Shown: piece by piece, positions 23,001-36,161 of the stretch
Layout: every line of letters begins with the position of its first letter
Numbering within the stretch: the stretch's first letter is position 1
Assembly: GCA_965644295.1 (NCBI GenBank)
Contig: CBFFRP010000218.1
Coordinates: forward strand, 310,001 to 374,000
Length of the DNA stretch: 64,000 nucleotides
Source: Paraphysomonas bandaiensis
Lineage: Eukaryota; Protista; Chrysophyceae
Direction: 5' to 3'
Program-made: the position numbers and the translations under genes
The notes under the pieces: model-generated
What the model was told of the DNA's origin: nothing
Databases searched by the model: none
Seen by the model: only the letters and a program-made list of their open reading frames with translations

Positions 23001-23675
23001 TTATTGGCATTCTCCACTTGTTTTATTGTCATTGGTTTCACTAGTCTGTGTACAACTACTTTCATCCGTATGCTCAAACTTGCAGGAACTACCACGGTGA
23101 CAATTTCCTCGCAGCCACGAGTAGCATATGTTGCTTCGTTTCATCATCGCTTCTTGTACAGCTCTCCACTCACCTATTGACTGATTTGCGGAGGGTATTT
23201 CGGTGTCGGGATAGATAACTGCAATATATCTTTCACCACTTCTCATATCACCCAGTTTTTCCGAAGACTCAATTAACAAATCGTTTACCTCTAATAACTG
23301 TCCACCAACTGGAGTCCGCATCTCCAATACATTACCATCAGGCAGAGTCGCTTCACACACCACAGTATCAGCTTTGATTTTCCTGGCACCTTTTTTCCTC
23401 CGCCCCGACATCGTCTCCACGCCAATGGGGAACTTCAAACAGGATGCAACGAGCGGGTTCCCGTAAAACAGAACGCAAATGCCATTCTTCATAACCATAG
23501 CATCCAAATATGCATCATCATCAACACAAAGCTTATGAGTAAAGTGCCTCTCATAGTATCCCATTCCGCCACTAATAGACACAACAGAAACATTGCAAGA
23601 AATATTCGGCTTTTTTGCAAGTGAGCTAAGCACTTCGCTTCGATCGAAATGAATACGCTTTCGTTTCTTTCCCAT
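23001..23675 (-). CDS. ABITRAM: Abitram/FAM206A (Simiate)-like GCV-H-fold protein with C-terminal CCCH zinc finger
   Basis: NGICVL, SGRRKKGA, VGGQLLEVN..L and YIAVI motifs; CCCH finger ICYSWLRGNCHRGSSCKFEH. Confidence 0.8.
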   Translation of the reverse strand: MGKKRKRIHFDRSEVLSSLAKKPNISCNVSVVSISGGMGYYERHFTHKLCVDDDAYLDAMVMKNGICVLFYGNPLVASCLKFPIGVETMSGRRKKGARKIKADTVVCEATLPDGNVLEMRTPVGGQLLEVNDLLIESSEKLGDMRSGERYIAVIYPDTEIPSANQSIGEWRAVQEAMMKRSNICYSWLRGNCHRGSSCKFEHTDESSCTQTSETNDNKTSGECQ

Positions 23676-25617
23676 TTTAGAAGATGAATAAAACTATGTG
23701 CCAAGGTTGTGGCTGGGCCTTAATATATTGACATGTTTACAGGGTTTGGCATGAACTGAGACGACTGCCTTTTTTGTCAACACTCTTTGCGGAGGTGAGG
23801 ATGTCTATGTCTATGTCTATGGCTATGTGCACACGTTCTATGGCTATGGATCATGTCCAGCATCAGTTCAAAAAAGGGAAAATTTCACTTTTTACTGAAA
23901 AAACTGCTATTTTCATCATTGAATCTATAGTACACATACCTGTACACAACCGTATCCAGCAGGAGTGGAATTCACCCATACATAAAATATCCAGATATAA
24001 CAAGCATTGTATAGGAGCCTCGTCACCATATACTTGTCATGATATATCGTTGATACTTAGCTTTGGCGACGCAAATACAGAACAATGACTGGAAACAACT
24101 CTAGTAACGTTATTTCTGCTCTCAGGGAGAGTTTATTTCAGTGGGTTTTCTGAGCTGAGTTAGCGAATTATACAACATGAGTTACTATTAAATCATCATG
24201 AAACGATGAATACAAAGGCCCGGGACTCCTACATGGAGTGCGACACATAACCGTTAGATTAAATTCCTTTTGAAATTCACTTTTACGTTTTGATAAATAG
24301 TGTTTTCTGTGTCTCTAAGCACTCTTCTTTCACAAATGAGATTTACCACGTGATGTGGTGTCTGTCAGCATAAGTTTCTCTTGTAAGGTGTGGAGTTTTT
24401 TGTATGCTCGTTTTAATCAAATGCGTTGTATTTTATTAATCATTTCGACTTTCTTGATGAAAGTCCTGATATCAAAGCTCTATCCCGTATTCGGATAGTT
24501 TAACTGCTTTTCGCATATTATTGAGGATAGCGTACGACAATCATTTTACACTATTGTACCCAGGTGGAGTAGGGTTACTATGACCTGTTATTGTGATGTT
24601 GAATATTGCTGAAATTGCACATTTCAACTGCGTACACACTGATGAAAGCCGTATATTCATGAAACCAATACGTCACCCACCGTGAACACGAATAGCACTC
24701 CAAGAACTGATTTTGCGGAATGTCGCAGCTCATCGTGAAGGTGGGATTTGCCGTATGCTATCTACTCACACACAATACCCCAATAATTATCCTTGTGGAG
24801 CGTGACGACTCAACTCTCACGGCTAGATTATATTAGTCAATCGAAAACTTCGTAGATTCAACAAAGCAATATATATCGTAGTATTGCCTTGATAACACTC
24901 AGTTTAGTATTGCCTGCACCTAATAACACAATATGTAGATGGAAAGGACTTATTGTTGGCGAAATGTGCTTTATACCGTATACCATTTTCTTGAATCGTC
25001 ACCTCTGGGATGAAATGGCAGTTTGAGCAAGCTATGTTGACAGCAGCCTCGACAGCCCACCTCTGCAACTGCTCACCCAGATGCAGTTGACTACTAAAGA
25101 GCACACCCAAATGGCGACACCCGTTTTTAAATACTCCGCGGACACCAAAAACCCAATATCACCAACGACGTCTCTCAAAGGGGGGTATTAATGTATAGCT
25201 ATATACGTTCGCAGTGTACTTGCAATTAATTGCAATAACTGAAATTGGGACAACCTGCGTCAATTACATATTGACAATTAGTTGTTAACCAACCCTGACA
25301 GGTATGCACTGTAGTCATTTTAGCAGAGGTGTATGTATATGTATATACTATTTCTACACTTCCATGAATGCACCGATGATATCATGCAAATCATATTCAG
25401 CTGGGCTGTGATATATCACTTATCGCTTTGTGTGAAAAAGCGAACGCAATAATTATCCCTGTGGCCTCTCTCATACTATGTGCTTCTGTAGGAAACCTAA
25501 TGATGATCAAATGCGTACATATACTTCTTGTGATGTATAATATAAAAGTAGGCTGATTTTTTAGAATATCTATGTTTGAAGAAGGACGCATTCTTTTGAA
25601 TAAATAACACTATATCC

Positions 25618-25780
25618 TGTTTGAGTAAATTTACTATGCACAACTAAGGTTTTGAAGCCTAAGATCACTGAAAAGATAGTGTATGTGCTTGTTTATCGAA
25701 ACAATAAAACAGAATGTTTATCGAAACTTATCAACAGTCAGAAATACAAGCTCCCACGTATTCCGCAAATCTAAGCTCCC
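25618..25780. repeat. Remnant of the Gypsy LTR
   Basis: CCTAAGATCACTGAAAAGATA..CGAAACAA.AAAACAGAA..CAAGCTCCC is shared with 61636-61790. Confidence 0.7.
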
Positions 25781-26206
25781 AAGGGATAGATGGGCTAACT
25801 AGCTACCCAGAAATTTGATAATGTGGAAGGATTTATCACGTAAAATGCAGAAGTTTATTATCCCCTTTGTCAACAATGACCAATGACCCCGTTACCGTCC
25901 TGATAAACAAATGTCTTTATAAATGCATAGCCAGTACCTTAGTTATTTCTTTGAGATATTGTTGCAAGTGTGAACCAACTCTTTTTGGAAGATATTTCCA
26001 ATACTCGAAGCTGTTATACGAAAGAAATGTATTAAACGAAATATATTAGCATAAGTTCGTTAACATAAAATTTCAAAATAACGAAGCGCTGACTAAACCG
26101 TGGCAATTTTCAAATACTGCTGTTTAGAGGTTAAATTAGTCAGATAATGATCACTGTGAAATAATCTATGAGATATAAGCTACATATCAGTAATTACAGC
26201 GCCAAA

Positions 26207-28666
26207 TTATTCGCACCAGTCAGAATCGGGATTATCGATTTCTTCGAACTGGCTAGTACAAGACACGTGCCCTTCTGTACCCCGTAATGTTGGATTGTTA
26301 GGCGGTAAAAGTGTGACACTATCAACATTAACAACAGGAGAAATAGTTTTCTGTTGAATCGACCTCTCTATTGCAGAACGAGTGACGAAGAAAGCCTCGG
26401 AAGTATATTCCCGTTCCTTTCTACAGGATGAGGAAGAGTGTGACAAAGTAATACTGGGCGGTGGAGGTGAAATCCAGTTATCCGCCTTTCTCGAAGAGGA
26501 ACGAGGAAATATATGATGGGTCTGCACGCTCCATTACATTTAGAGTTAATGCTCAGCAGCGTACCTTGTAGTAATCTAAAAGCTGTCCAGGTAGCTCTTT
26601 TAGCAATTCAATGGCCAGCTCCCGTTGTGCGATTTCAGGATTTTTATCAGCCACTTTACTGCAAAAACTTGTTACATATGCTAACGTAAAAGAGAAACAC
26701 CAGTACCCTATTCACTTACTTCATTTCAACGAATTGAACGATATCTCGCACAGCAGATTCACCATCAAGAGTAGTCAACATCTATTCAACAGCAACAAAC
26801 ACTTACAAGCACAAATCACTACACATATTACATGATTAACCTTATCATCGGAGTCCAATTCTCTCATCGCAGCGAAGTCATCTGGACCTATGCTATACAT
26901 CAATGGTGTGTCAATTAATATGAGTCGTACCGATTCCAACAATTAATATAGACAATGGCAGATGAGAAGCTTTCACAATAGCTTTAATAGTGGCATCCTG
27001 ACTATGAGTTAGAATAAATATGTGTCACGAATTCACATATCATACTAGATCCTTGATGCATCCATCGGTAAGTATCAGTAATACTGTATAAATCTGCTCC
27101 ACAGCAGTACCACCCATAGCCTGCTGCTCTTCCACTGCAGCTGTGGCGATTTCCGCAGCGCAATTCACAGTTTTCGAGAATACAGTTGGTCCTGCCAGTG
27201 TTACTCTTCCTAGCGCACTGTAATACGCATTCAAAATCCCCTCAACACCCACCACAAACGGATCACCGTCGTTGCCTGTTAACATCTTGATATAGAAGTA
27301 GTTTCATTAGAGTTTACAGCACCGGAAAGTGGAAAACAGTGGTTTACTGGCCCGTCTGCCTCCAACTTTCCTCCAAATCCAAACGCTGCACATCGCTACC
27401 AATATGGTAAATCAACATACAAGTTACTGGCGGCCTACCTACCATACTGTCTAATCCACCACAGTAGGGACCAATAATATTGCTAATGGCCAAAATCGTG
27501 TTGGCATAGGCGGTAAGAATACCTGGGTTTTTCGGATCTACGTAGTGGAGAGAGCTCGTGTCCGTAGGCGCTCCATTAGAAAATGTATAGTCAACTGCAA
27601 CGACTAGTTGGAGCTTTCAATAATAAAATTACAAACGGCAGCTAGATGAAAATATGATAAACCTGCGTTCCGCCCCTAATGTAGTCGAGGAATGAGGTTT
27701 GTCGAGAAATGTCGAATTGCTTAACCAATACTGAACCACATGGTGTGCCAGTAGCTGGATCAGCAAGTATAAGAGGTGTCTCTCTTCTTAAGGCATCGCT
27801 TAGAGTATCAAAACAGCAGTGTAATTGTCCTTGTTGAAAGAAATATAAAAAAGCCAAAATATATCGAGTATCACCTTACCTAGTGAATTGTGTTCTCCGT
27901 TTTTACTCAAGGCGAAAACCTCAATTTTAATAGGAAGATTCATATCACCATCTACAAGATCCATAAGAGATCCTCTTATATCATACGACAGAGTCGAATA
28001 ATCAGTTTTTGCCTTCGTTTTATAACATGTGGAATACTTCCCCTTCCCGGTTTTCTTTGACAAGGCCAGGACACGGCCACTTCTTGGCAAAAACTCTTTC
28101 GTCGGTAGATTAGAGAACTCAAGACACATGCTGATGAGATCACACATAGAGGCCAGCTCCGTACCCACAATTTTCAAATATCCACCATTCCCAGTCTGGG
28201 ATTTTCCCTGCAGAAGGCCACACCACGTCATCTCATCATTACCAAATATGTCGCCCAAAAACATGTCACATCTGCCCAAAAACTCATGATCTGTAAGTAT
28301 AAATGAGGAAGAATCTTTCTCCATAAATTCAGGAGTACAACTGAATATTTCGACTCGGAAATCTTGAATTTCTCCAAAATTATATCTTAGACTGGCAGCA
28401 GACTTCCACACAGGGTTCGGTCCACACACAACTTCACTCCTCAAGATTTCTTCATGTCGATTTCTGGTACAAGTATGAATGTACGCTACATAAAAGTAGC
28501 CAGCCCCGCTACTCAACTCGGAACATGATATACTCAGACTCACTCTCGAAGATGGTTTGCCTCCACTTAGTGCAAATTCCACGACATCATCAGTTTCAGC
28601 AGCTGGAATACTTGCTGCACTTTCACATCTAGGCTCCTGACTGGCGTTGCTCTGTCCACAGCCCAT
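26207..28666 (-). CDS. Copine (two C2 domains + vWA), N-myristoylation-type start
   Basis: MGCGQS start. C2 motifs (NPVW, YNFGEIQ.FRVEIF, FLGRC), SFLDYIRGG, VAVDYTFSNG, GVEGILNAY, LAGPTVFS, YTVLLILTDG, LLKELPGQLLDYYK, joined by GT-AG introns to the last exon ending at 26207. Confidence 0.9.
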
Positions 28667-30508
28667 TAATAGCTATCTGCGCTTGAAGATTGGACTTTAA
28701 CAGAAGAAGTGAATATAACTTACTTGCAAAATTTAGGGTTATTCGAACCTCTATGTGTGTGTGTATGAATATACCGGACACATTGCAGATTGGACATAGC
28801 TAAAATATATACGTCGATATACACTGTACTCTGTGGATACTACACAGCTGTTGTTCAAGATGTTAACATCCGGGTTTTCCCAGCCCTACTGGAATTCGGA
28901 ATACCACAATAGATGGATGCTGTGGCTGTACGGTGCCGTATCTACGAGATATCTAATCAGAGGCAGGAATTATCGGCACATCTAGATTTTTAGTCGCCAC
29001 TTCACGACTATCATAAACTTCAGTGAAATGAAGACCCTGTGTTTGATTCATGCCAATCCTAATTGGAAACGACTAGTCTTTTACTGAAAATGACCGTCAT
29101 CACTGAGAAAAAGTCTTATTGAACTGCAACGCTTCGCAGATGGATAAGTAATCAATGCAATCTTTTGGTATATTGTCGTTCTTTCATATCACCATTCTTT
29201 TGTTTTATTATTCTTGGAGATGAAAGTATTGTGGTGATACATCTTCGTCGCATGTAGCAAAGTTAGGTACAAACATATTGTATCGGGACAGTCATTCAAT
29301 TTTATATAAGTCAAACCCTTTCTAAAGCTGGACTTCAAAATGATGAAACCAATGAAAAAATTGTAATATCTGATTCTTGTGATTCGTGGTAGCCTATCGT
29401 AACCCTCTCAGACAACTTTTCCCTTTGTATATTAGAACAATGAGACGAAATCATACAAAGTCATTACAGATGATGGTATATTGACTTAGTCTAAGTAAAT
29501 GATTGAAGAGAGTAACATAAATGAGTACATTATGTTATGAATATATTAAAGGGGTGAGTGCACATGAAGTGCGTAACTGGTACCTGATTGAGAAATTTGT
29601 TGTATCAAACCAATATGGCAGAGCAAGGTACATAAATACTGTTTCAGCTGCTTTTCTTGTTTGATTGTTTCCTTATAGACGAAAGGTAGAAAGTTTTGAA
29701 CTGACTACTCAGTGAAAATCACTGTTCTGAAGTTTGACAAAACAAAGTCAAGATATCTATCGAATGTTCATATTTAATATATTTTTCTAACCAAGTGATT
29801 ACGACCAAGTAAATTTACATACTACCACTACCTGTGGGTGTGTTGAACGAATTTGATTGCTAGGTAATTCGAGCCCTGTGCACTTGTACGCAACCTTCCA
29901 GGGCGCAAAACACATAATACATAATACCCATCTAATGGTGCAAATTTCAGTCATCCCTAGGCAGGTTTGCACATTACAAGTGTGACCCATAAGTAGATAA
30001 AAGATAGTTTGGTGCTTTAGTTAAATAACAGTATATGAATCGTAACTTCACATCATCATTCTTGTCAACCTTACGTTATACCAAATATGAGAGAGGATTC
30101 TCCGAATCCAATGAACGAAAACTCTGTCAATAAAACTGCCATCAAATGTTTTGGCCATCATCGTTCCTTAATATATAGTACAGTATAATTATATTGTTTT
30201 GTGTAGCTTCTTCTAAATTTTGGGGAAAGTGTAGTTTTACAAATGTTTTCTAGGTTCTAGTTGAATTTTAATGCATGTGCTATGTTCTATGTTGTTTCTC
30301 AAGAAACTATTATCCTCATGACGTTAAAAACTTAATATTAAATTGTATAGCTATTAGTAGCTTGCTTGCTATATTATAGGCGTTTCCTGATTAAGACAAC
30401 AAATCGGAATTCATATTGAATGTGTACACTGTGTATGCTTTGGGAATAATAGCAATTGCACTATATAGATCAACTCATACAATAAACCCCCAAATTTATA
30501 TATAATAT

Positions 30509-33500
30509 TATCCCCATTTTGTCTCAAAAAATGCTTTTTTTTGACCTGATTTTGACTCAACAGGGCGCTCATATCAGCACCGGGCAAATATAGACATTCA
30601 ACTTCAATATTCGGTTCAACAGAAGCTCACTTCTATAATGACAGTCGAATGTACGTGATTTCATTATAGTACACAATTATAGAGAAACCACAATCATGAG
30701 CCAAATACCAAGAGCAGATCATCTAACTCCAAGTTATATTCCATCCTTCGACTGCTGTAGAAGATCACAACGATGTCAGTGCAAGTGATCTATCTTCATA
30801 TCCAGGACTTCGAAACAACTTCAAGAATATTACAGGAGAGTTTAAGTACCATATCTGATGCTATATAGGTGGTTAGGAGCAGTGGCACCCAGTTCTTTCA
30901 GGGTTTGAGCCATATCGTGCTTCTCAGGATATTGTGTGTCTCATATCATACACACATCCTTCGATCAGGAGCACTTGCAGAGGTAAAGCCTGCTGTATAT
31001 AAATGTGATGATGATGATAGTTAAGGCAATAAGAAGCCTCTCTTTCACCTTCAACTGTTTACATTTATCATCACACAGTATACATATCATTCATTTGAAA
31101 CTATATGAGTTCTCATTTGTGTTATTAGTGTTAATCAAGGAACATCTATTTCTTAACACAGCAAGCATGCTACAAATAGCTATACAATGTAATATTAGCT
31201 TTTCAACGTCATGAGGATAAGCTACAATTTAACCTAGGGATAAGGAGTATCGTCCCTTGTCTAAATTTTAAAACTCGGGCTTTTCGCCCTCGTTTCAAAA
31301 TTTTGAGCGCGGGGCGATATAGCCTCCTTATTGCCCGTGGTTAAATATAACTATATAGCTACAACAAATGATTTCGAACCACAGAAGGATACTGATGAAA
31401 TAGCAACTGTGAGGTGTTGAAATTCGTACTTAAGTGTGATGATGAATGTGAACAGTTGTAGTCGCACGAAAGAGTTCTTATTTCCTTAATTATCATCATC
31501 ATCATCATCTTCTTTATATACAATACCCTTAACCTCCTCTGCTGGAGCGCCTGATTGAATGATGTGAGTAGGATGATATGAGGCACACAATATCCTTTCA
31601 TAAGCCAATATAACCCGAACCCTAAAAGAACTGAATTCCACTGCCCTTTACTGCCTATACAGCATCAGATATGGCACTTAAACTCTCCTGAAATATTGTT
31701 GAAGTTGTTACGAAGTCCTGGCTGTGAAAATAGATCGCTTGCACTGACACCATTATGAGCGTTAGACGAAGAAGGGTAGAATAATATATCTCTAATGATT
31801 TAACTCATGATTTTTTCTCTACAATTGTGTAATATAATGAAATCACGTACATAATGACTGTCATTATCATAATTAAGATAGAAGTGAGCTTGTGTTGAAC
31901 CAAATATTAAAGTTGAATGTCTATATTTGCCCGGTGCTGATATGAGCGCCCTGTTGAGACAAAATCAACTCAAAATCTAGCTTTTTTTGAGACAAAATGG
32001 AGATATAGTTATATTTAACCACGGGCAATAAGGAGGCTATATCGCCCCGCGCTCAAAATTTTGAAACGAGGGCGAAAAGCCCGAGTTTTAAAATTTTGAC
32101 AAGGGACGATACTCCTTATCCCTAGGTTAAATTGTAGCTTATCCTCATGACGTTGAAAAGCTAATATTACATTGTATAGCTATTTGTAGCATGCTTGCTG
32201 TATAAAGAAATAGATGTTCCCTGATTAACATTAAGAACACAAATGAGAACTCATATAGTTTCAAATGAATGATATGTATACTGTGTGGTGATGAGTGTGA
32301 ACAGTTGAAGGTGAAAGAGAGGCTTCTTATTGCCTTAACTATCATCATCATCACATTTATATACAGCAGGCTTTACCTCTGCAAGTGCTCCTGATCGAAG
32401 GATGTGTGTATGATATGAGACACACAATATCCTGAGAAGCACGATATGGCTCCAACCCTGAAAGAACTGGGTGCCACTGCTCCTAACCACCTATATAGCA
32501 TCAGATATGGTACTTAAACTCTCCTGTAATATTCTTGAAGTTGTTTCGAAGTCCTGGATATGAAGTTAGATCACTTGCACTGACATCGTTGTGATCTTCT
32601 ACAGCAGTCGAAGGATGGAATATAACTTGGAGTTAGATGATCTGCTCTTGGTATTTGGCTCATGATTGTGGTTTCTCTATAATTGTGTACTATAATGAAA
32701 TCACGTACATTCGACTGTCATTATAGAAGTGAGCTTCTGTTGAACCGAATATTGAAGTTGAATGTCTATATTTGCCCGGTGCTGATATGAGCGCCCTGTT
32801 GAGTCAAAATCAGGTCAAAAAAAAGCATTTTTTGAGATAAAATGGGGATATAGTTATATTTAACCACGGGCAATAAGGAGGCTATATCGCCCCGCGCTCA
32901 AAATTTTGAAACGAGGGCGAAAAGCCCGAGTTTTAAAATTTTGACAAGGGACGATACTCCTTATCCCTAGGTTAAATTGTAGCTTATCCTCATGACGTTG
33001 AAAAGCTAATATTACATTGTATAGCTATTTGTAGCATGCTTGCTGTATAAAGAAATAGATGTTCCCTGATTAACATTAAGAACACAAATGAGAACTCATA
33101 TAGTTTCAAATCAATGATATGTATACTGTAAGTGTGGTGATGAGTGTGAACAGTTGAAGGTGAAAGAGAGGCTTCTTATTCCCTTAATTAGCATCATCAT
33201 CACATTTATATACAGCAGGCTTTACCTTTTCAAGTGCATCTGATCGAATGATGCGAGTATGATATGAGGCACACAATATCATGAGAAGCACGATATGGCT
33301 CAAACCCTGAAAGAACTGGGTGCCACTGCTCCTAACCACCTATATAGCATCAGATATGGTCTCCTGTAATGTTCTTGAAGTTGTTTCGAAGTCCTGGATA
33401 TGAAGACAGATCACTTGCACTGACAGCAGTCGAAGGATGGAATATAACTTGAAGTGTCTAATCGTTTAACTCATGATTGTGGTTTCTCTATAATTGTGTG

Positions 33501-33675
33501 TACTATAATGAAATCACATATATACGACTGTCATTATCATACTTAGGATAGAAGTGAGCTTCTGTTGAACCCAATATTGAAGTTGAATGTCTATATTTGC
33601 CCGGTGCTGATATGAGCGCCCTGTTGAGACAAAATCAGGTCAAAAAAAAGCTTTTTTTGAGACAAAATGGGGATA
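30509..33675. repeat. Array of ~845-bp repeat family B units (one + copy, then three - copies); Crypton-like non-autonomous element
   Basis: Units at ~30509-31355 (+), ~31430-32003 (-, diverged), 32004-32848 (-) and 32849-33675 (-). The intact units carry a ~110-bp imperfect palindrome centred on GGGCGAAAAGCCC. Partial copies at ~7290-7790, ~17650-17900 and ~18790-18990. Confidence 0.85.
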
Positions 33676-34092
33676 AGTATGTATTCTATATATTGTGACA
33701 TGGTTTTACGTTTTACTTTCTTAATAGCACAAGCATAGTAATAAAGCCCACGTGGTTGGCATGGCCGGCAGCTACATAGGATTACTCCTTCAGGTGAGAG
33801 TAATATAAATACAAATGTATAATGTACATCTTTTATGTGGAAGCACAAAAATGATGCAAATCCAAGAGAACTGTATTCTATCTATTTCATTACGTATAGG
33901 GTTTCTTTGGTAATAAGTACTTCAAAAAATGACGGGAGTGTATATTGTACCGTGATGTGTGGGAACGTAACTGAATCGTCGAGAGTAACGCCACACAACA
34001 GGAACTACCATATTATCCCCACAGAACGCTCAATTAGACATAATTCTATTTGCAGTTGTGTAGACTTCAAATTACTATGTTAACTGCACGCA

Positions 34093-35597
34093 CTACACGA
34101 GCCTCCGTATTTCACATATACGTACATTATGTTCTAGATGTTCCTTAGCCGCATTGTACAGCTGTATTTCATAAAATAACAAGTCACTGAGAAAACTGTA
34201 TACGGCATGTGGTATGTTATGCGAGGAGCGAATGTTCGTGTTCGTGTTACTATGAAGACCTTCTGCGCTAGAGTTATATGCCTGCAAACATACATCATAT
34301 GACCAAATATAGCACATTCAAACTGTAAACTGTTACACATCCAAAGCAAAGGTGGGATGTCAATAAGAACGGTGAACTTACATGTATCGCCCCCTTGAAG
34401 AATGTGGGTACAGTTTTTTCCAACAATGCGATGGAGTTAGCCATATCTTCCACTAACAAGACCACGCGAAAGCTTCTTCTCATGTTCCTCACTGCCATAC
34501 GTAGCGCCCACTCCAACGAACCTTCAATGGCTGTGGAAGCCAACTTGCACTAAACACAATATATATTGTGTGAGAAAACATAAAGCATCAGCGATATATT
34601 CTTCAACACTGAGGTTCTAATCACACTAGGCAATAGAGGCAAAATAAAGTATCGTGGGACTTCCACAAATAGTGTTTACAAGTACCTGCAGGTTGCCCAT
34701 GCCGCAATAGTAGCGCAGCTGCACGTTAACGTACTTTGATGACATGCACGGAAACCGTACAGCGTCTGCAACTGTCACAAGTCTATCATTCGTCCGGTTA
34801 GGCAGAACGCCACTCAGACTGTCAGATCGCGGTCTTCTGTGTTCCATATAGGCTTCCACACACTCCACAAACGACAATACCTTTTTGGAACCTTTACCAT
34901 TTTTCATACCTACATGCATGGGCCGATCTCCGAAGAAATCGTAATTGTAATGACTTTGCATACGCAGAACAGGATCCCTTATAGTACCCACATATATCGG
35001 TGTTGGGAAGTGGTAGTGCTCAAAGTCTAAGTATCTAATATGGGCCACACTTACAGCCTTCTTATTCAGAGTCGAAAAATACTCACACAACGCTCGTGCG
35101 CGCTCGGAATACTTGATCGGGTCGTTGCCAGGCCTGCCTGGAGAGACTGAGGCCACTTTACTGACCATATAATGGTTCATCGGGGCTAATTTGAATACTA
35201 ATTCCTCAAGGGTTGTGCTAGCTGCTTTCGGGGTGCGCATAGCAAATAACAAATGCGAATCGCTCAAAACGCTGCATTCGCTAGTATTGTGCCAATATCT
35301 ACCATGCAGTGTGGACTCCATTTCCCATTTCTCTCTTTCCGTGTAGCTCGGCACATCTGACGCAAGAACAGCAGCAATCGCTGTGTCCATTTTGTAGTAT
35401 ATATATGTGGCGTATCTTGCAAGCTCTGGGCTCACTTGGCCACTTTGAAGCATTGCTAATAACGATGGAACCATGAACATCATCAGAGTGCATACCATTA
35501 TCCCACACAGCGTACATATCTGAACCTTCAAGCTCCACTTTCTGCTACAACAAGTATTTGTATTGTGACTTTTTGAGGCACGAATACGAGAAAACAT
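34093..35597 (-). CDS. Heparan sulfate 2-O / uronyl 2-sulfotransferase-like Golgi sulfotransferase
   Basis: N-terminal TM segment (ICTLCGIMVCTLMMFMV), 5'-PSB MRTPKAASTT, 3'-PB IRDPVLRMQSHY, then exons ..FRVVLLVEDM.. and ..YEIQLYNAAK.. Confidence 0.85.
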
Positions 35598-36161
35598 ATT
35601 ATACGCTCTCTGCGGTAACTTCGAACCACGAATACAAAAAAGAAGCTGTGGGTACTTCTTGAAAACTTAGCAGGAGTAAATTTTAATGAGAAGTGATTCC
35701 ACAAAGATAAATATATGTGACCATTACTTAAACTATTTCCAACTTGCCAATCATCATTTCTATTCGCATCATGTATGGTGGAGTTAAGACCATCAGGGAC
35801 AGGTGAAGTGACTTTTCTAAAAAAAATATGGTGAAATCGGGCTTTTCGAAAAAACGTTAAAAAGTTGGCCGAAATTGTAGATTCATTTTTCTGAATGGAA
35901 GATTCAATCTTGTCTCTCGAACAGCTAGCTGTTTTTTACAAAAATCACTTTTTAGAAATATTACAACAGCGAAATAGATTTTTATTATATTTCTGTACTT
36001 TTATATGAGGAAATCATGAAACATTCTCTTTTTGTTTCATACAAAAGACTGGTAAGGTGTTGCACTCTATATTTCTAAAGACCCCTGAACCTCCGTACCT
36101 TGGAGTCTTTACTTGGTCTACTAACTGGATATTGTTGTTTTCTACCATATTTCATTGAGGA

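Noticed and set aside
28730-28755. GGTTCGAA B-box-like motif (also ~35620)
   Set aside because: No cloverleaf or A-box context; no tRNA called in the window
30509-33675. CRISPR array or repeated small genes (MMMMIVKAIRS...)
   Set aside because: Units are ~845 bp with no short repeat-spacer structure; the ORFs are incidental to the repeat
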